Assembly (NCBI GenBank): GCA_016618085.1
Contig: JABLTG010000045.1
Span: 1-64,000 of the forward strand
DNA length: 64,000 bases
Reading direction: 5' to 3'
Source of the DNA: Neovahlkampfia damariscottae
Taxonomy: Eukaryota
Part shown: positions 11,027 to 25,110 of the stretch, in pieces
Layout: every line of letters begins with the position of its first letter
Position numbering within the stretch: position 1 is the first letter of the stretch
Position numbers and translations under genes: made by a program
The notes under the pieces: generated by a model
Database searches by the model: none
What the model was told of the DNA's origin: nothing
What the model saw: only the letters and a program-made list of their open reading frames with translations

Positions 11027-12910
11027 TTATTCATTTTCGTGCTCTTTCTTTCTTTCATCATTTCGATGATATTCCAACAGTCCTATTAAAAACGCTTCTT
11101 CTCCAGCTATTTTGAAAAAGTGATTTTTTGAATCATCAAAAATATGATCACCATTCGCTGAATCAAAAGTGCCTAGTTGTCTCAAACATTCACCTAAACA
11201 TATTGCACCAAACTTCGTCAATTTTGAGTCAAAAAATGTTTTTTTAATCCAAGTAACGAATTCAGCACCAACAAATACATTTTGATATACTTTCAAATGA
11301 TGAACTCTATTTTTCATTGTAATTCCATTTTCAGGATGAATCATCAAATCATAGGTATCTTTTATGTTATCAGGTTTTCCAACATAAGTCGCTATTTCTT
11401 TAAATTGTTCAAAATTTGATGACATTTCATCAAGAAAATCTTGATCTGTTAATCTTGATCCAACAACTGAATCAGAAAATCTATAATAATAAGCCTTTTC
11501 ATTGAATTTAATAGGTTTGTCAATTATACATTCAATAGCATTCAAATCAAATAAAAATTCAAAAATTAAAACGACAAGCTCTCTTGATATTTCAAATTCT
11601 GCTAAATATTCTTCTTCTTTATCAAAACAAAGAGCTAAAACAGCATCAATAGCTTCTGGACCTGGAAAACAGTTATCATATGGTTTTAGAAGATATTTTC
11701 TTTGTTTGACTATTCCTTTTTCATTAATAGCAACAATAATATCAAATAAAAATCTTGAAAACTATAAAAGTTATAAACATCATTATTTGTTTTACCGTTT
11801 TTGTATCAAATTTGAAAAGAAAACATTGAGATGGATTCCAAATAGTAGCAAATTTTACATTATCTGTTATTGATGAATTTGAATCATTTGAATGATCAGA
11901 GTTATTACTTTTTGAAGCAGAATTCTTTCTTCTTGGAGTTTCTTGTGTCCAATCAACTAATGTTTTTGATCTTCTTCTTGGTGTATCAAGTAATCCAAAT
12001 GAACTTTTTCTATCAAGTCTTGAATTTTGAGTGATACCTAAATCAAAAGAACGATCAAGTTTACTAAAATTTCGAATTGAATATTTTTTTTTATCTCCTT
12101 GTTGTAATCTTGAATCAAGTGATACTTTTCTTGAAATTTCTTGATTAAATTTGGCTGATTTTTTTTTTGCAACTTTTTTTGTTGATTTATCAAGTTGGTA
12201 TTTCATTAAATAAGATAAAATGGTTTCAGTGTCAATCAGTGATTCATAATTTTCAATGAATAATTTCATAACTTCTTTACATTTAAATAAAGTTTGTAAA
12301 AATATTTTTGAGTCCAAATTATCAGGTTTAAATACAGCAGGTGCGAATGTTGTACCAAAATTATCTAAAATTTGTTTATCTTCATCAGAATCAACAAATA
12401 TGAAATTTAAAAGATGTAATAATAATCCAAATGTAATATAATATGAATCTGTAATATCTTTTTCTATCAATACTTTCAAAGTTTTAACTTTTCCATTTTT
12501 TAATCCTATAGAATTTAGTTCAAAATTTATAACTAACCAAAAGCTTCTAAATATTCATTTACATTATTTTTTGGTATTAATGGATTTGGTAAATCATTAT
12601 AATAAGATAGAAATAATGATGAAATGATATTTATATCATCAATCTTTTATAACAAAAAATGTTAAATTATAACTTTTTGTTTTACTGCCAAATAATCAAT
12701 TTTTTCTTTTTTATCAATTTTTTTGATATATTCTTGCATTTTTGATTTTCCAAGTCCTTTTGCTCTGAAAAGTTTGGAAGGTTCACCTTTCAAGAAAAAA
12801 GTAAAAAAATACAATTTCAAACTGTAAGCTTTCAAAGAATGTACAAGTTTACACACAACTGAGATAGATTCTTCGTTCGGATCTACCTCAAAAATTTTTT
12901 GTTTTTTCAT
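11027..12910 (-). CDS. RhoGAP-DEP-DEP protein (paralogue 3)
   Basis: KLFRAKG, NFGTTFAPAVF; DEP repeats RKYLLKPYDNCFPG and NRVHHLKVYQNVFVGAE; four introns, partly at positions shared with the paralogues. Confidence 0.82.
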
Positions 12911-12985
12911 AGTTTGGTTGGTTAGATGTTTTTTTGTGAGGGTTGACTTGACCAATGAAAAAAAAAAATAAATTTTAATTTTTTT

Positions 12986-13378
12986 TTACATACATTTTAG
13001 TTTTGAATCAGTGAACCACCCTGATGACCTAAATAATAAAAATATTGTAAATATTATTATATAACCAACAAGTTCAAAATTTGACATTGCATAAGTAAAA
13101 CCCAAAGGAGTTAAACTAATATAAAACCCACCTATAGCTAAAACTGGTATAGTTAACATATAAATGGAAGATAATAATGATAATGTTACAACAAGTGGTG
13201 GAATCAAAAATGTTTTCAATTTACAACCAAAAACTCGAAAAGAAAGAAAACTGAAAATGAAGTGAGGAATACAAACAAATAAACTGGTTAATCCAACAAT
13301 CCACAAATAAATTTCTTTATGTTAGTTTTTATATTCCTTACCATACAAAGTTTCAATTTGTCCTGTTTCAATACCCAT
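12986..13378 (-). CDS. Small multi-pass membrane protein, TMEM170-like
   Basis: Short first exon MGIETGQIETLY, one intron, then three or four hydrophobic helices. Confidence 0.55.
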
Positions 13379-13433
13379 CTTTGTTGAAGTTTTTTTTTTA
13401 ATTTGTCCAATAAGAATGAAAATTTGAAAATGT

Positions 13434-14585
13434 TTATTCAATTGAGTGAATGACTAATTTAATGGTAAATTCTTTAATACAATCCACTAATTTTTCTTGT
13501 ACAATTTTTCTTTCAACTCCATGGAATGAATTATTCTCGGAGAATTTAAATTCTTCCATCAAATCTTCACAAGATTGTAAAAATTCAAGGTTATAAAAAT
13601 TAAATTTCAGAATAGAAACATATTTCATTTCAGAGATGTGTAAATCCAATCTCATGGATGTATCTTCAAAAAGACAACTGATATAACTTCAAAATATCAG
13701 AAAGAAATTGAGCACTTACAATTTTCCTGGTTGTAATTTAAATTGTGGTGATATTAATTGTTCAAATTTTTTGATGGATTTTTGATTGATTCTCCACAAT
13801 ACTTCAAATGGATATTTCTGGACTTCAGTTGAATTTTGTTTTAATATGATTCTATTTTCGTCCATAGACTCGAGACAATGAATCTCTTCAATTTCTTTTT
13901 TAACTTTAAACAATTCATTTTCCAATTGAATATTCTTTTGAAATAAAATAATCAAATGATTTGTAGAATTTTTAGTCAAATGAGAGGTAATGTTTTTTCT
14001 TTTGATTTTTTCTTTACAACCAAAAGGGCATAATACTTCACTTGAAGGACAGTAATTTGATAGATGATTTTGTAAATTCTTTCTAAACATTTTTTCTCGA
14101 CAAAACTCACAAGAAATAGGATAATTCAAACAATCTTTTGAATAATGACTTTGGAGTTGTCCATATTTGATTTTAAAAGTACAATGTGGGCAATCAATAA
14201 AACGATGTTGACAGTAGGTTTCATGGTCTTGCATTTTATGCCTTTTGGTCACATGATTACAATCAACATTTGAGCATTCTATTTTATTGAATGAACATAC
14301 TTCGTTCAAATGATAATCTAACTCCTTAAATTTACCTTTCCATTGACAACCTTTGAAAGAACACAAAACAGTCAAATTTTGAATTTCTTGATTTAACCAA
14401 GAATCTTCTTGACAATCATTGATTGAACATAATTTTGTTTTACAAACAGTACAAAATAAAGTTTTTTCAATGCAGGATTTACAAAATTTGTGTTTGCATG
14501 GTGTTGTGACACATTGATTAAAATATTCTCTGCAAATTGGACAATTTAAAAATTTTGGTAGTGACACAGTGAACCGAACGCTCAT
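13434..14585 (-). CDS. TRAF-type RING finger protein (RING + TRAF zinc fingers + coiled coil + probable MATH)
   Basis: CPIC..CKHKFCKSC RING and repeated CxxC..H..C TRAF fingers. The splice frame at ~13686-13719 is unresolved. Confidence 0.85.
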
Positions 14586-14837
14586 CAAAATTTTGTTTGA
14601 ACTAATTTTAATCTCCTAATATTTCTAAATTTGAAGAAGTGAATTAAGCCTCATTTTCCAGTCAATACTTTATCACTTTAACAAAAATATTTTCTGTTCT
14701 TCTCACATCAAAAAAATTCAAGGTTCAGAAATGCCCTATCAGAAGAGACTTTGCTCTTCTAAAAATTTATTGGAAGTTTTATTTTTAGATGGTAAACCAA
14801 TAAGAATCGAAAAACACAGCCATTGGACAAATTGCCA

Positions 14838-15785
14838 ATGTTTTCTTTCACAGACGGAGTTTGGATTAAAGAAAAGAATTCCGATTCGCCAATCAAATTA
14901 AGTTCAATTTCAGTTGCATCTTTCAATGTTTTGCATGATCTTGAACGAAAACATATTACGTTACCAATCCAAAGATACCAAAATCAAATTGAAATTTTTC
15001 AAAAAGAAGATTTTGACATTATTGGTCTTTGTGAGGTCACTCAAACGTACTTGGACTTAATCAAATCTGATAAATGGATTCAAAACACGTATTTAATTTC
15101 TCATTTATCTGCTGAAGAATTTCATGAACATGGTTGCATCTTATTATCAAAAATCCCATTCAATTCATTAAACAATGCAAAAGTTGAAACTTTAGAAAGA
15201 TCAGTTGCAATTGGGGAATTGAAAGTAAATGATGAAGAATCGATTTATATATGCATGGCCCACTTAATCGCTTTTCAAAGAAATTATTCTGAAAGGAAAT
15301 TTCAGTTAGAAAAACTATATGAATTATTAGATATCAAAGGAGCAACAACCATCATCATTGGTGATTTAAATTTTCATCACAAAATGGAAGATAAATTCAT
15401 CCAAAAAGAATATCTTGATGTTTGGAAAGAAATTCATGATGAAGATGATGAAGGATTCACTTATGATCCAATGAAAAATTCAATGATTTATGAAAAATTA
15501 CCAATTGCGTTTGAATATCGTCAAATGAGATTGGACAGAATTCTATTAAAAGGAGATAAATTGACACCAAAATCAATTGAGATCTTTGCAAATGAATCAG
15601 TTTTTCAACAAAAAGAGAAAGAAAAATCAATAGATTTTTTATACTACATTAGATGGCCATTACGTTCTGTGACAAGTACAATTGTGGATTGGACATTCTA
15701 CTCAAATCTATGGAGATCTCCAGAAGAGTATTTATTTCCAAGTGATCACTTCGGGTTGAAAGCTAAATTTGAAATCAATAAATAA
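14838..15785 (+). CDS. Endonuclease/exonuclease/phosphatase family protein, TDP2-like
   Basis: SFNV, LCEV, GDLN, RLDRI and SDHFG motifs. Confidence 0.88.
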   Translation: MFSFTDGVWIKEKNSDSPIKLSSISVASFNVLHDLERKHITLPIQRYQNQIEIFQKEDFDIIGLCEVTQTYLDLIKSDKWIQNTYLISHLSAEEFHEHGCILLSKIPFNSLNNAKVETLERSVAIGELKVNDEESIYICMAHLIAFQRNYSERKFQLEKLYELLDIKGATTIIIGDLNFHHKMEDKFIQKEYLDVWKEIHDEDDEGFTYDPMKNSMIYEKLPIAFEYRQMRLDRILLKGDKLTPKSIEIFANESVFQQKEKEKSIDFLYYIRWPLRSVTSTIVDWTFYSNLWRSPEEYLFPSDHFGLKAKFEINK

Positions 15786-15876
15786 TGATGATTTTATTTT
15801 CAATTCAATTTTTATATTTGAACTTCAAAAATCTACAAATTTGTAGTTCTTCATTCCGAACCAATCAGATCGGATC

Positions 15877-16626
15877 ATGGAAGAAAAGCAGTTGGTAGAA
15901 ATTATCATCGCACCAATTTGTTATGGAATAATTGCTTTATATCATGTCTTAATTTTAATAATTGGTATAATAAGGCCAAAAACTGTACAAATAACTAGAA
16001 ACATTAGTACTAGAGTAAATTGGGTTTTAGAAATGATGTTTTCAAAAAATAGAGAACAATTAACAATTCAAACTGTAAGAAATCATATATACGCAGCTTC
16101 TCTCTTGGCATCTTTCAGCTCTGCTTTGGCTTTTTATTTTACAACTACAGGTAATAGTTGTTTAAACTTATTTATTTGAAAAGTGTATGAATCAGAAGGA
16201 AATTCACCCATTGAATACAAAATACAAATGAATTTCTTAATTATTGTTTTGTTCATTTCTTTTACTTTATTTGCAAATTCAGTGAGATTAATGTTTCATG
16301 TAGAATTTTTAATTTTAGCTAGAGATATGACTCATGTAAAAACAAGAATTGAGAAGAACTTTGATCAAGCGAATAATGATAGATTTATTCCCGAAACTTT
16401 TATTGATCTGAATTTACCAAATATTGGAGTGTTAGACAGAGAAAAATTGATGAATGTTGAAAAAGCAAAAAGAAACACAGTTTTAGCTTCTATTTTCTAT
16501 ACATTGGGAGTCAGAGGATTGTTCATATGCGCTCCGATGGCATTTTGGAATATTTTTGGAATTTGGGCTTTGTTAGGAATGTCAATAGCTTTGTTAATAT
16601 TTTGCATTTTTTATGACTTTTTGTGA
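15877..16626 (+). CDS. DUF599 family membrane protein
   Basis: IQTVRNHIYAASLLAS and FYTLGVRGLF..P..FW..G; one intron at ~16151-16183. Confidence 0.85.
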
Positions 16627-16676
16627 ATTTGAAAAATAAAATTCAAGAAAGAAAAAATTTTTAATGACGCTAATTG

Positions 16677-17975
16677 TCAAATTGAGTTTTTATCGAAAAC
16701 TTTCTTGATGATACCAACTGCCACAGTTTTTTTCATATCTCTGACAGCAAATCTTCCTAATGGACCACAGAATTGATATTCTTCAACACACATTGGTTTT
16801 GTTGGTACAATTTCAATCATTGCCGCTTCACCTTTTTTGATGAATTCTGGATTTTCTTCAAGTAATTTGTTAGTTCTTTTATCAAGTCTTGAAATCAATT
16901 TATCAAATCTACATGCGATATGAGATGTATGACAGTCCAATACTGGTGTATATCCTGAAAAGATTTTACCAGGATGATCTAAGATAACAACTTGAGCTAC
17001 AAATTTTACAATTTGTTTTGGAGCATCTTTTCCATCATGCCCACAAATCATTCCTCTTTTCAATTCTTTAACAGAAATATTTCTAACTGAAAATCCGATG
17101 TTATCCCCAGGGATTGCTTTTTTGACTTGGCTATGATGTGATTCAATTGTTTTAACTTCAACTGATTTTAAATTTGATGGTGCAAAAATAACTTTATCAC
17201 CTCCTTTTAAAGTACCAGATTCAACTCTTCCAACAGGAACTGTTCCAATTCCTCCAATTTTATAACAGTCTTGCAATGGAATTCTTAATGGAGCATCACT
17301 TGGTCTTTTTGGAGCTTTGAGTTTATCTAATGTTCCAATGAGAGTATCTCCTTTGTACCATGATAATTTATCTGATTTTTCAGATAAATTTTCTCCTGAC
17401 CATCCTGAAATTGGAACAAATGGAACTTTATCTGGATTATAACCAACTTGTTTGATGAATGATTTTGATTCTTTAATGATTTCATTATATCTTTCTTGTG
17501 AATAATCAATTGCATCAATTTTGTTAATTGCAACAATCAATTGATTAACTCCAAGTGTTTTTGCAAGTAATGCATGTTCTTTTGTTGATCCTTCTTTTGA
17601 AATTCCTGCTTCAAATTCTCCTTTTGCTCCAGAAATCATGAGAATAGCACAATCTGCTTGTGAAGCACCAGTAATCATATTTTTAACGAAATCACGATGC
17701 CCAGGTGCATCAATAACTGTAAAGATGAATTTTTCTGTTTCAAATTTCCATAAACTGATATCAATTGTGACACCCCTTTCTCTTTCTGCTTTTAATTTGT
17801 CAAGGATAAAAGCAAATTTGAATGATGATTTTCCAGCATCTGTTGACACTTTTTCATATTGTTCAAGTTGTCTTTTGCTAATTCCACCACATTTGTAAAT
17901 GAGATGTCCTGTGGTTGTTGATTTTCCTGCATCAACGTGTCCAATAACTACAAGTGAAATATGATCTTTTGACAT
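16677..17975 (-). CDS. EEF1A: Elongation factor 1-alpha, divergent
   Basis: [41 protein letters not shown]; true start MSKDH at 17975; intronless. Confidence 0.95.
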   Translation of the reverse strand: MSKDHISLVVIGHVDAGKSTTTGHLIYKCGGISKRQLEQYEKVSTDAGKSSFKFAFILDKLKAERERGVTIDISLWKFETEKFIFTVIDAPGHRDFVKNMITGASQADCAILMISGAKGEFEAGISKEGSTKEHALLAKTLGVNQLIVAINKIDAIDYSQERYNEIIKESKSFIKQVGYNPDKVPFVPISGWSGENLSEKSDKLSWYKGDTLIGTLDKLKAPKRPSDAPLRIPLQDCYKIGGIGTVPVGRVESGTLKGGDKVIFAPSNLKSVEVKTIESHHSQVKKAIPGDNIGFSVRNISVKELKRGMICGHDGKDAPKQIVKFVAQVVILDHPGKIFSGYTPVLDCHTSHIACRFDKLISRLDKRTNKLLEENPEFIKKGEAAMIEIVPTKPMCVEEYQFCGPLGRFAVRDMKKTVAVGIIKKVFDKNSI

Positions 17976-18291
17976 TTCTGATTCTTTAATGTTTTCTTTT
18001 TTTTCAGTGATCAGAGAAAGAAAAATAGAGCTATTTATAGTTTTCTCTGTTAGTAAACCCCAGAAATGAAGTTCATTCAACCTATTTTATTGGTTGAATA
18101 AATTTTTCAAATTCAAAAATGAACTCCTATTCTTGTTCAAGATACTTTCATTGTTCATTGACTCAATTAGAACAAAATTGAAACTAAAAAAACTTCTTTT
18201 TCAATCAAGTTTCAAAAATCACTTTGCTTCAATTCACTTTTTGTCAACAAAATTCTTGTATTTTCATTGGTTCGGATAAACTAACAAAAAA

Positions 18292-18879
18292 ATGAGTGAA
18301 AATAAACAAAAAGAAGAAGTTATTCCAATTTCACAAAGACCTTTAGATATATTCATAATTGTATTGTTCATTTTATTTTTTATTATCGCATATCTTGTTG
18401 ATATTGTGGCAGCAGTACAAATTCAAAATAAAAAATAACATTTTTAGGTTTCACCATTTGGATCTCCATCCAATCCTGGAGTTACACCAGATCTTTTAAA
18501 ATCATATTGGTGGGCACCTTTACGTGATGAATATGCGAGATGGTGTGTTTTAGATCCAGCTTTCTGTGCTAATTCACCATGGATGCGTATTATGGCTGCT
18601 TTTTCACCTTTTCTCTATGGACCTTTTTATATTATTGCCATCTATGCTTTCTTAAAAGGTAAAAATTGGATTAGACCATTTGCTTTATGTTATGCTTGGG
18701 GGTTATTTTACTCATTGACAATTATTATGGGTGAAGAAATGTTGGGAGAATCTGCTGCTCATGATTTTATTGCTGTTGCTGCTGTAAACTCACCATATTG
18801 GATTTTAATGCCTGGAATATTGGCTTATCGTTTTTGGAATACACATACTCCTTTCACAAGAAAAGTTAAAACTGATTAA
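18292..18879 (+). CDS. EXPERA (EBP/TMEM97-like) membrane protein
   Basis: PISQRPLD..., DP..CAN.PW, FLYGPFY and NSPYW..P; one intron at ~18415-18447. Confidence 0.8.
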
Positions 18880-18927
18880 ATATTGAATTCCAAATAATCT
18901 CATGTCAAAAAAAAAACAAATTGTTAT

Positions 18928-19472
<545 letters not shown>

Positions 19473-19618
19473 GTGTTCAGATACACAATTGAAAAGTACA
19501 GGTATTTATAACACTATTTGACCAATCATTGTTCATATGAAAAAGACTTTCACTTCAATATATTGTTTCATGAGAATGTTTAGATTATGACTTTATGAAC
19601 TTTTCTGAGAAAAAGAAT

Positions 19619-21759
19619 TTATTTTTCTTGTTCAGTTTCAACAAATTTACCAGTTTTTTGAGTGACAATAGCTTCTTTTAGCCCTGACTCTGCAGCTTTT
19701 GATAACCAGTATTCTGATTTGTCAATATTCTGTGGACCTCCAATGCCATTATTGTAGCATTTTGCAAGTTGAAACATTCCAAGAGACAATCCATTGAATG
19801 CTGATTCTTTAAAATAAAAAAATGCTCTTTTTTCATCACCGCATTGTAATGAATATAAACCCATATTATAACGTGCAGATGGATTTCCTTTCTTTGAAGC
19901 TCTTTTGAAATATTGAATTCCTTTGTTTACATTTTTTTCACATTTTTTTCCGTGATAATACAGTTCACCTAATTGATTCAGAGCAATAGAAGAATTTTCT
20001 GATTTTTGAAAATACTCAATTCCTTTATCAATATTATCTTTCAAAATATAAGCCAAACCTTTGGCAACTAAAACTGACAGTTCTGTTTCATCCTCTTGAC
20101 TTAAAATATGTTGTATTGTTTTATCTGATGATTTTGGTTTATCTAAATTCATCAATGATTCTGCTAAATATGCTTTTGAGATGAAATCATTTTTTGCATT
20201 TTGTATTGCATCTTCACAAATATCTTGTATTTTTTCCCATTTCTTAAGTGCTCTTAACTCTATGATTTGCATATGAACTTTCTTCTTTGTTTGATCAACA
20301 AATTGATGTGTTGGATCATGATCTTTCCTCAATGCATCATAACAATTACCACAAAAATCGAAAGCAAAACAAGTTTGACATTGATACCTCGATCCAAAAA
20401 TTGGTAATGTTTTGCATCCATCACATGAAACTTCATCATAAACTACTAAATTTTTGTGGTTTGAATAATATGATTTAAAAACAAGTCTATAGGTTAAAAA
20501 ATTAAAAAAAAATGAATTCACTTGAACGCATGACCATGTTGAACTTTTTGATAGCAATTTTTACAAAGATTATAATCAAAACATGTTCTACATTTATATC
20601 TTGTTCCAACAATAGGACTGGTTAAACATTCATCACAAGTTATAAAATAATGCTTTTCATTTTCATTTTGTTTCTCAGTAGAATCTGGTGTACTGAGCAC
20701 ATTCTCTTTTTCATTTTGTAAAAGCAATAATATTTGTTTAGCTGATGGTCTATTATCTGGTTCTACTGATAACATAGAAGTAACTAATTTAGCCAACTTT
20801 AAAGAGTGATTTTTTGATAATTCTTGTAAAATTTCTTTTGGTGCTTTTGGATTTGTTAGTAAATCTAAATACATTGTTCTTTCTCTTCCTGTCATATATT
20901 TATACAAAACAACACCAAAAGAAAATATATCGGCCATGTAGGAATAAGGAATTGATGTATCCATTACTTCAGGTGCTACATATGCTAAACTACCACATAC
21001 TGAGTATAATGATGTCTTTGCTCCAAATTTTGCCAATCCAAAATCTTTTTAAAATTAATCTTTACTTTTCTTTTACCTCCAATTTTATAATGCAAATCAT
21101 CCTATATTGTAAAAATAAATATTGAGATCTTACTGTTACAAAAATGTTTTCAGGTTTTATGTCTTGAAGAATTATTAATTTTTAATTTTCAAACCTCTAT
21201 GTATTGTCTTTAATTCATGTAAAAATGCTAAACCTGAAGATATCTCCATCATAAAGTTAATAATTGTCTTTTTAAAAAATTAATTTTTTTTTATATTTAC
21301 TTTTTCATCTAAAGTCTCTAAACCATTTTTTTGAAAATATTTTTGCATATCACTGTGTTTGTAATAATCCATAATAACGCAAACATAAATATCACCATCC
21401 ATATTCATATCTAAAAATACTTCTTGATATTCAACTAAACCTGGATGATTTAATGCTTTCAATTTTAAAGCCTCTTCTAAAACTGAATTTGCTTCATTTA
21501 AATGTGCGCATAAAATTCTTTTCATAGCTTTTTCTGTATCATCTTTTGTTGATAAAGTGAGATATACAGATCCTTGAGCACCTTTTCCTAAACATTTTAT
21601 GATGACGTAATTGTTCATTTTTTTATTTTCTGGAACTTCTTCGTCATTTTCTTCAAATGAACTCCTTGCTTCTCCTTCTAATATTTCACCTTTTGTCATG
21701 GAACCTTCTACTTTTATTGATTCACTTTCTTGTTCATAAATGTCTTCAATGTCGCTCAT
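19619..21759 (-). CDS. Ser/Thr kinase (NEK-like) with two ZZ zinc fingers and TPR/SEL1 repeats
   Basis: LGKGAQG, AMK, HR/DIKPEN, DFG, YVAPE across introns; two CDxC..PI.G.RY.C..C.D...C..C; SEL1 repeats. Confidence 0.88.
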
Positions 21760-21803
21760 TGAAGTTTTTTTACAGTCCGGTTTTTTATCCAATCGTTTTT
21801 TTG

Positions 21804-22214
21804 ATGGATCTAATTGGAGCCTTGTTGATTTGTGGAGGTGCTGCTTTACTGATAACTCCATGGAATAAAAAACATTTAAAGGTTACTCTCCAATCAATTT
21901 CTAATATTTAGGTGAGCAGAAACCCATTGGAAAGAATTATTGAAGTTAAAAAAGAAAATTCTTTATTGTTGACTTACAACAAACCAAAAGAAATTACTTA
22001 TCATGTAAATAATAAAATAAATCAAAATATATGGGATGAAGAAGTTGTAGATTCAAAATATGCTCCTGTAAACTTAGTGGAAGAAAATTTTAGTAATGCC
22101 ATAATTCCAAGAATGGAGACGAATAATATTTTGATTCAAAATTTTGTAAAGATCATTTCTACGAATTCATTTTTTCAAAAAATATTTCAGAATTTTTTTC
22201 GGAGAAATATTTGA
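21804..22214 (+). CDS. Small hypothetical protein with N-terminal hydrophobic segment
   Basis: Exon MDLIGALLICGGAALLITPWNKKHLK joins ORF 21912-22214 in frame through GT-AG intron 21882-21911. Confidence 0.6.
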
Positions 22215-22272
22215 ATAAATATTAATTCATTGGTTATTAAAGTTCCACCAATTATTGTTCGTTTCCAAACAA

Positions 22273-24355
22273 ATGAGTGAGACTGAACTGAATAAGACAG
22301 AAGAGACACTCAAATTGAGTCCTTTTCAAAAACTCATCAAAAGAAAAAAATTTCCTTTCAAACTTGTTGTGCATGTTTTAATTGCATTGTTGGTAACAGC
22401 AGAAGTAATAAAAAATAAAAATTTAACAACCAGGTTGTTTTACAAACACAAAATAGTCATGGTTTTGTTATGGAACACGTTGAAAGTTTTGTCAAAGATT
22501 TTTTACCAGAAAATTCAGAGAGTCTGGAAACCAATGCACAAGGAACATTAACAGCGGAAGTATTCAAATTTGAAGATGGTAAAAAAAAGAAAAGAATTTA
22601 TTATTATTTAGTAATTGAAGATTTAAACAGAACTGTTCATGGTTATTATGAGTTTGTAGAGAACCGACCTGATGTTTTTGTTTATTTACCAAAAGGAAAT
22701 GAAATTAAACCAATTGTTATGACAACCACTTTATACAGTTCAAATCTAAGAGATGTAGTTAGAGATAGCAGAAAGTCCTTATTACCACTCAGAACTTGTA
22801 AAATAAAAAATTATCATAACTTTTTAGACACTCATGAACTTACACTTGACAAACCATTAGGTCCATTTGAAAATAAAACTGATGAAGAAGAACGTGACTT
22901 ATTTGATAAATTATCAATTTTCACTTTAGACTTTCATTTTCAATCTATTGATAATTCAATGATTAGTTTTGTTGATCAAGGAAGATGTATTCAATGGAAC
23001 CTCCATGTAAGAGAAATTTAACTTTTAAAATGATTTCAAATAGAAAATTTATTCAAATGAATTAAGAGGTGGAAAGATTTTAATAACTCTTGACTATGGT
23101 TTTGGTGATTGTAATAATGTTCAAATTTCAGCACTCGGATATTTTTCAAGGTGGACTAAACCAATTGCTTGGGTATGTTTGGCTTTATTTCTTTGTTCAA
23201 TTTTTTCAATGCTTTTGAATACAAAATATTTAATCACCAGAATTAGATTATACATCAAACATTGTCAAATTAAAGCAAAACTTGAAGAAGTATCAGTTTT
23301 TAAAAAGATGTTTTTTTCATTGAAAGATATTCCAATGTTCATTTCTTGGTGGGTAGTTTCATTTTTTGCAGCTGATATTTGTAATATTATAAGTTCAGTT
23401 TTTGTTTGTTTCGTTGTTTATAGTAGTTCACATCGTCATTTTTTTATGGGTCTTGGAGCGCTTCTTGGATTTTTCAATCTTACAAGATATTTAGAATTTA
23501 CACCAAATTTATATGTTTGAAACATTTATTTTAAATTTTGAATAGACGTTAGTTAGAATTCTTCAAAAAGGTGCTGGAAATATTTTACGTTTTATGGCAT
23601 CAGTTATTCCAGTTTTTGTAGGATATGCAATGCTTGGAACATTATTATTTGGTCATTATACTGAATATTTTGAAAATTTAGATCAAACAATGGTTACAAT
23701 GTTTGCTGCACTGTAAATTTATTTTTTTTTTTTTTTTTAATTCATCAGTAATGGAGATGCTTTAATGGATATATTCAATATGTTATACAGTTTTCATCCA
23801 TTTTTAGCTCATATTTCAAGACTTTATATGTTTTTATTACTCTTCTTTTTTACTTGGACATGTCTCAATATTTTCTTATTGATTATCGTAAGTCGTCTTT
23901 TTTATTTGACTCTTTTTTTTTTTCAGCAAGATGCTTATTTTGTATTGGGTGAAGATGTATTGACTCAAGTAAAACAAAAAAATGAAGAAGAAGAAATTGG
24001 AACAGAACAAGAAGAAACATCAATTGAAGAAGATATAAAAAAAATTAGAGATATTTTGAATTCAGTTGTAAAAGATCCGTCACCTTCTCAAAAACAAGTT
24101 GCTCATAAATTGGATTTAGTTATTCAAGAATTATTAGAAAATTTATCACAAACTGGATATCAAAAGTATTTGAATAAGTTGAGGTATAGATCAGATGCAC
24201 CTCAAGGAAATCAAACACAAGTTTATGGTGAAGATGACATTACACCGAATGAAGAAATTGAAGAAAAAATTGAAGTTGAAACATCAAGCGGTACTATTGA
24301 AATTAAGAAAGGTGGTATTGATGATGTTAAAGACTATGGAAGTTTAAATAAATAA
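22273..24355 (+). CDS. Mucolipin (TRPML)-like cation channel
   Basis: LSPFQK..RKKFPFKL N-terminus, TM helices, RYLEF, pore TMFAAL/NGD; multiple introns. Confidence 0.85.
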
Positions 24356-24885
24356 ATTTTGTTATAAAAAAACTTTGAGTTCTTTGAACCTTTAAAAATT
24401 ATTAAATTGTTGCTCAACTGCATCCAAATATACCTCAAAACAGGTCTAAAAGTCAAAGAAATGAAGGAAGTGCAAAAACAAAACAAAAAAACCAACCAAA
24501 GAAATCTCAAAATAAAAGATATGAAACTGGAAAAGAAAGAAAAAAGAAAAAAAATTCTAATTTTTATTCTTTTGCCAATTCTTCTTTAACAAAATCGCCT
24601 CCAAAACCTCCAACATCGTCTAACAAGCTCAAAACTGCTTCAAATACTCACATTGAAATGATGGATAATTTCTACATGCATGAATTTTTGAGACAAATAA
24701 TATTCAATTGATGCACTTTTATAATGAAGGAAAATTATCCTGAACTCGTTTAGGATGAAAAAATTCAGTTTATTTGGTCTCTCAATACTCCTAATTTTCA
24801 TTTATCCAATCAACAAATTCTGATGTTTCCAAACACTTAATTCATCACAAGAATCCAAATTTTTTGATTGGAAAATTTGTTTGTC

Positions 24886-25110
24886 TTAAAGTTTATTTGA
24901 AAATATTCTTTTGAAAGTGAAATCAATTCATCAATTTTTTCAATTTCTGGTCCTTGTCCTTGAGCTTTATCTTTTTTTTCCTCCACCTGAACCACCACAT
25001 TTTGAACATAAATCTTTAATCAAATCACCAGCATTCACATCTCCTTCTAAATCTTTTGGCACAATACAACTAATGTGTAATTTATTTTGATCAACACAAA
25101 ACAAAACTTT
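24886..25110 (-). pseudogene. 3' fragment of alanyl-tRNA synthetase (DHHA1 domain)
   Basis: LHISCIVPKD..VNAGDLIKDLCSKCGGSGGGKK/DKAQGQG; one frameshift in an A-run; no upstream AlaRS sequence. Confidence 0.75.
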
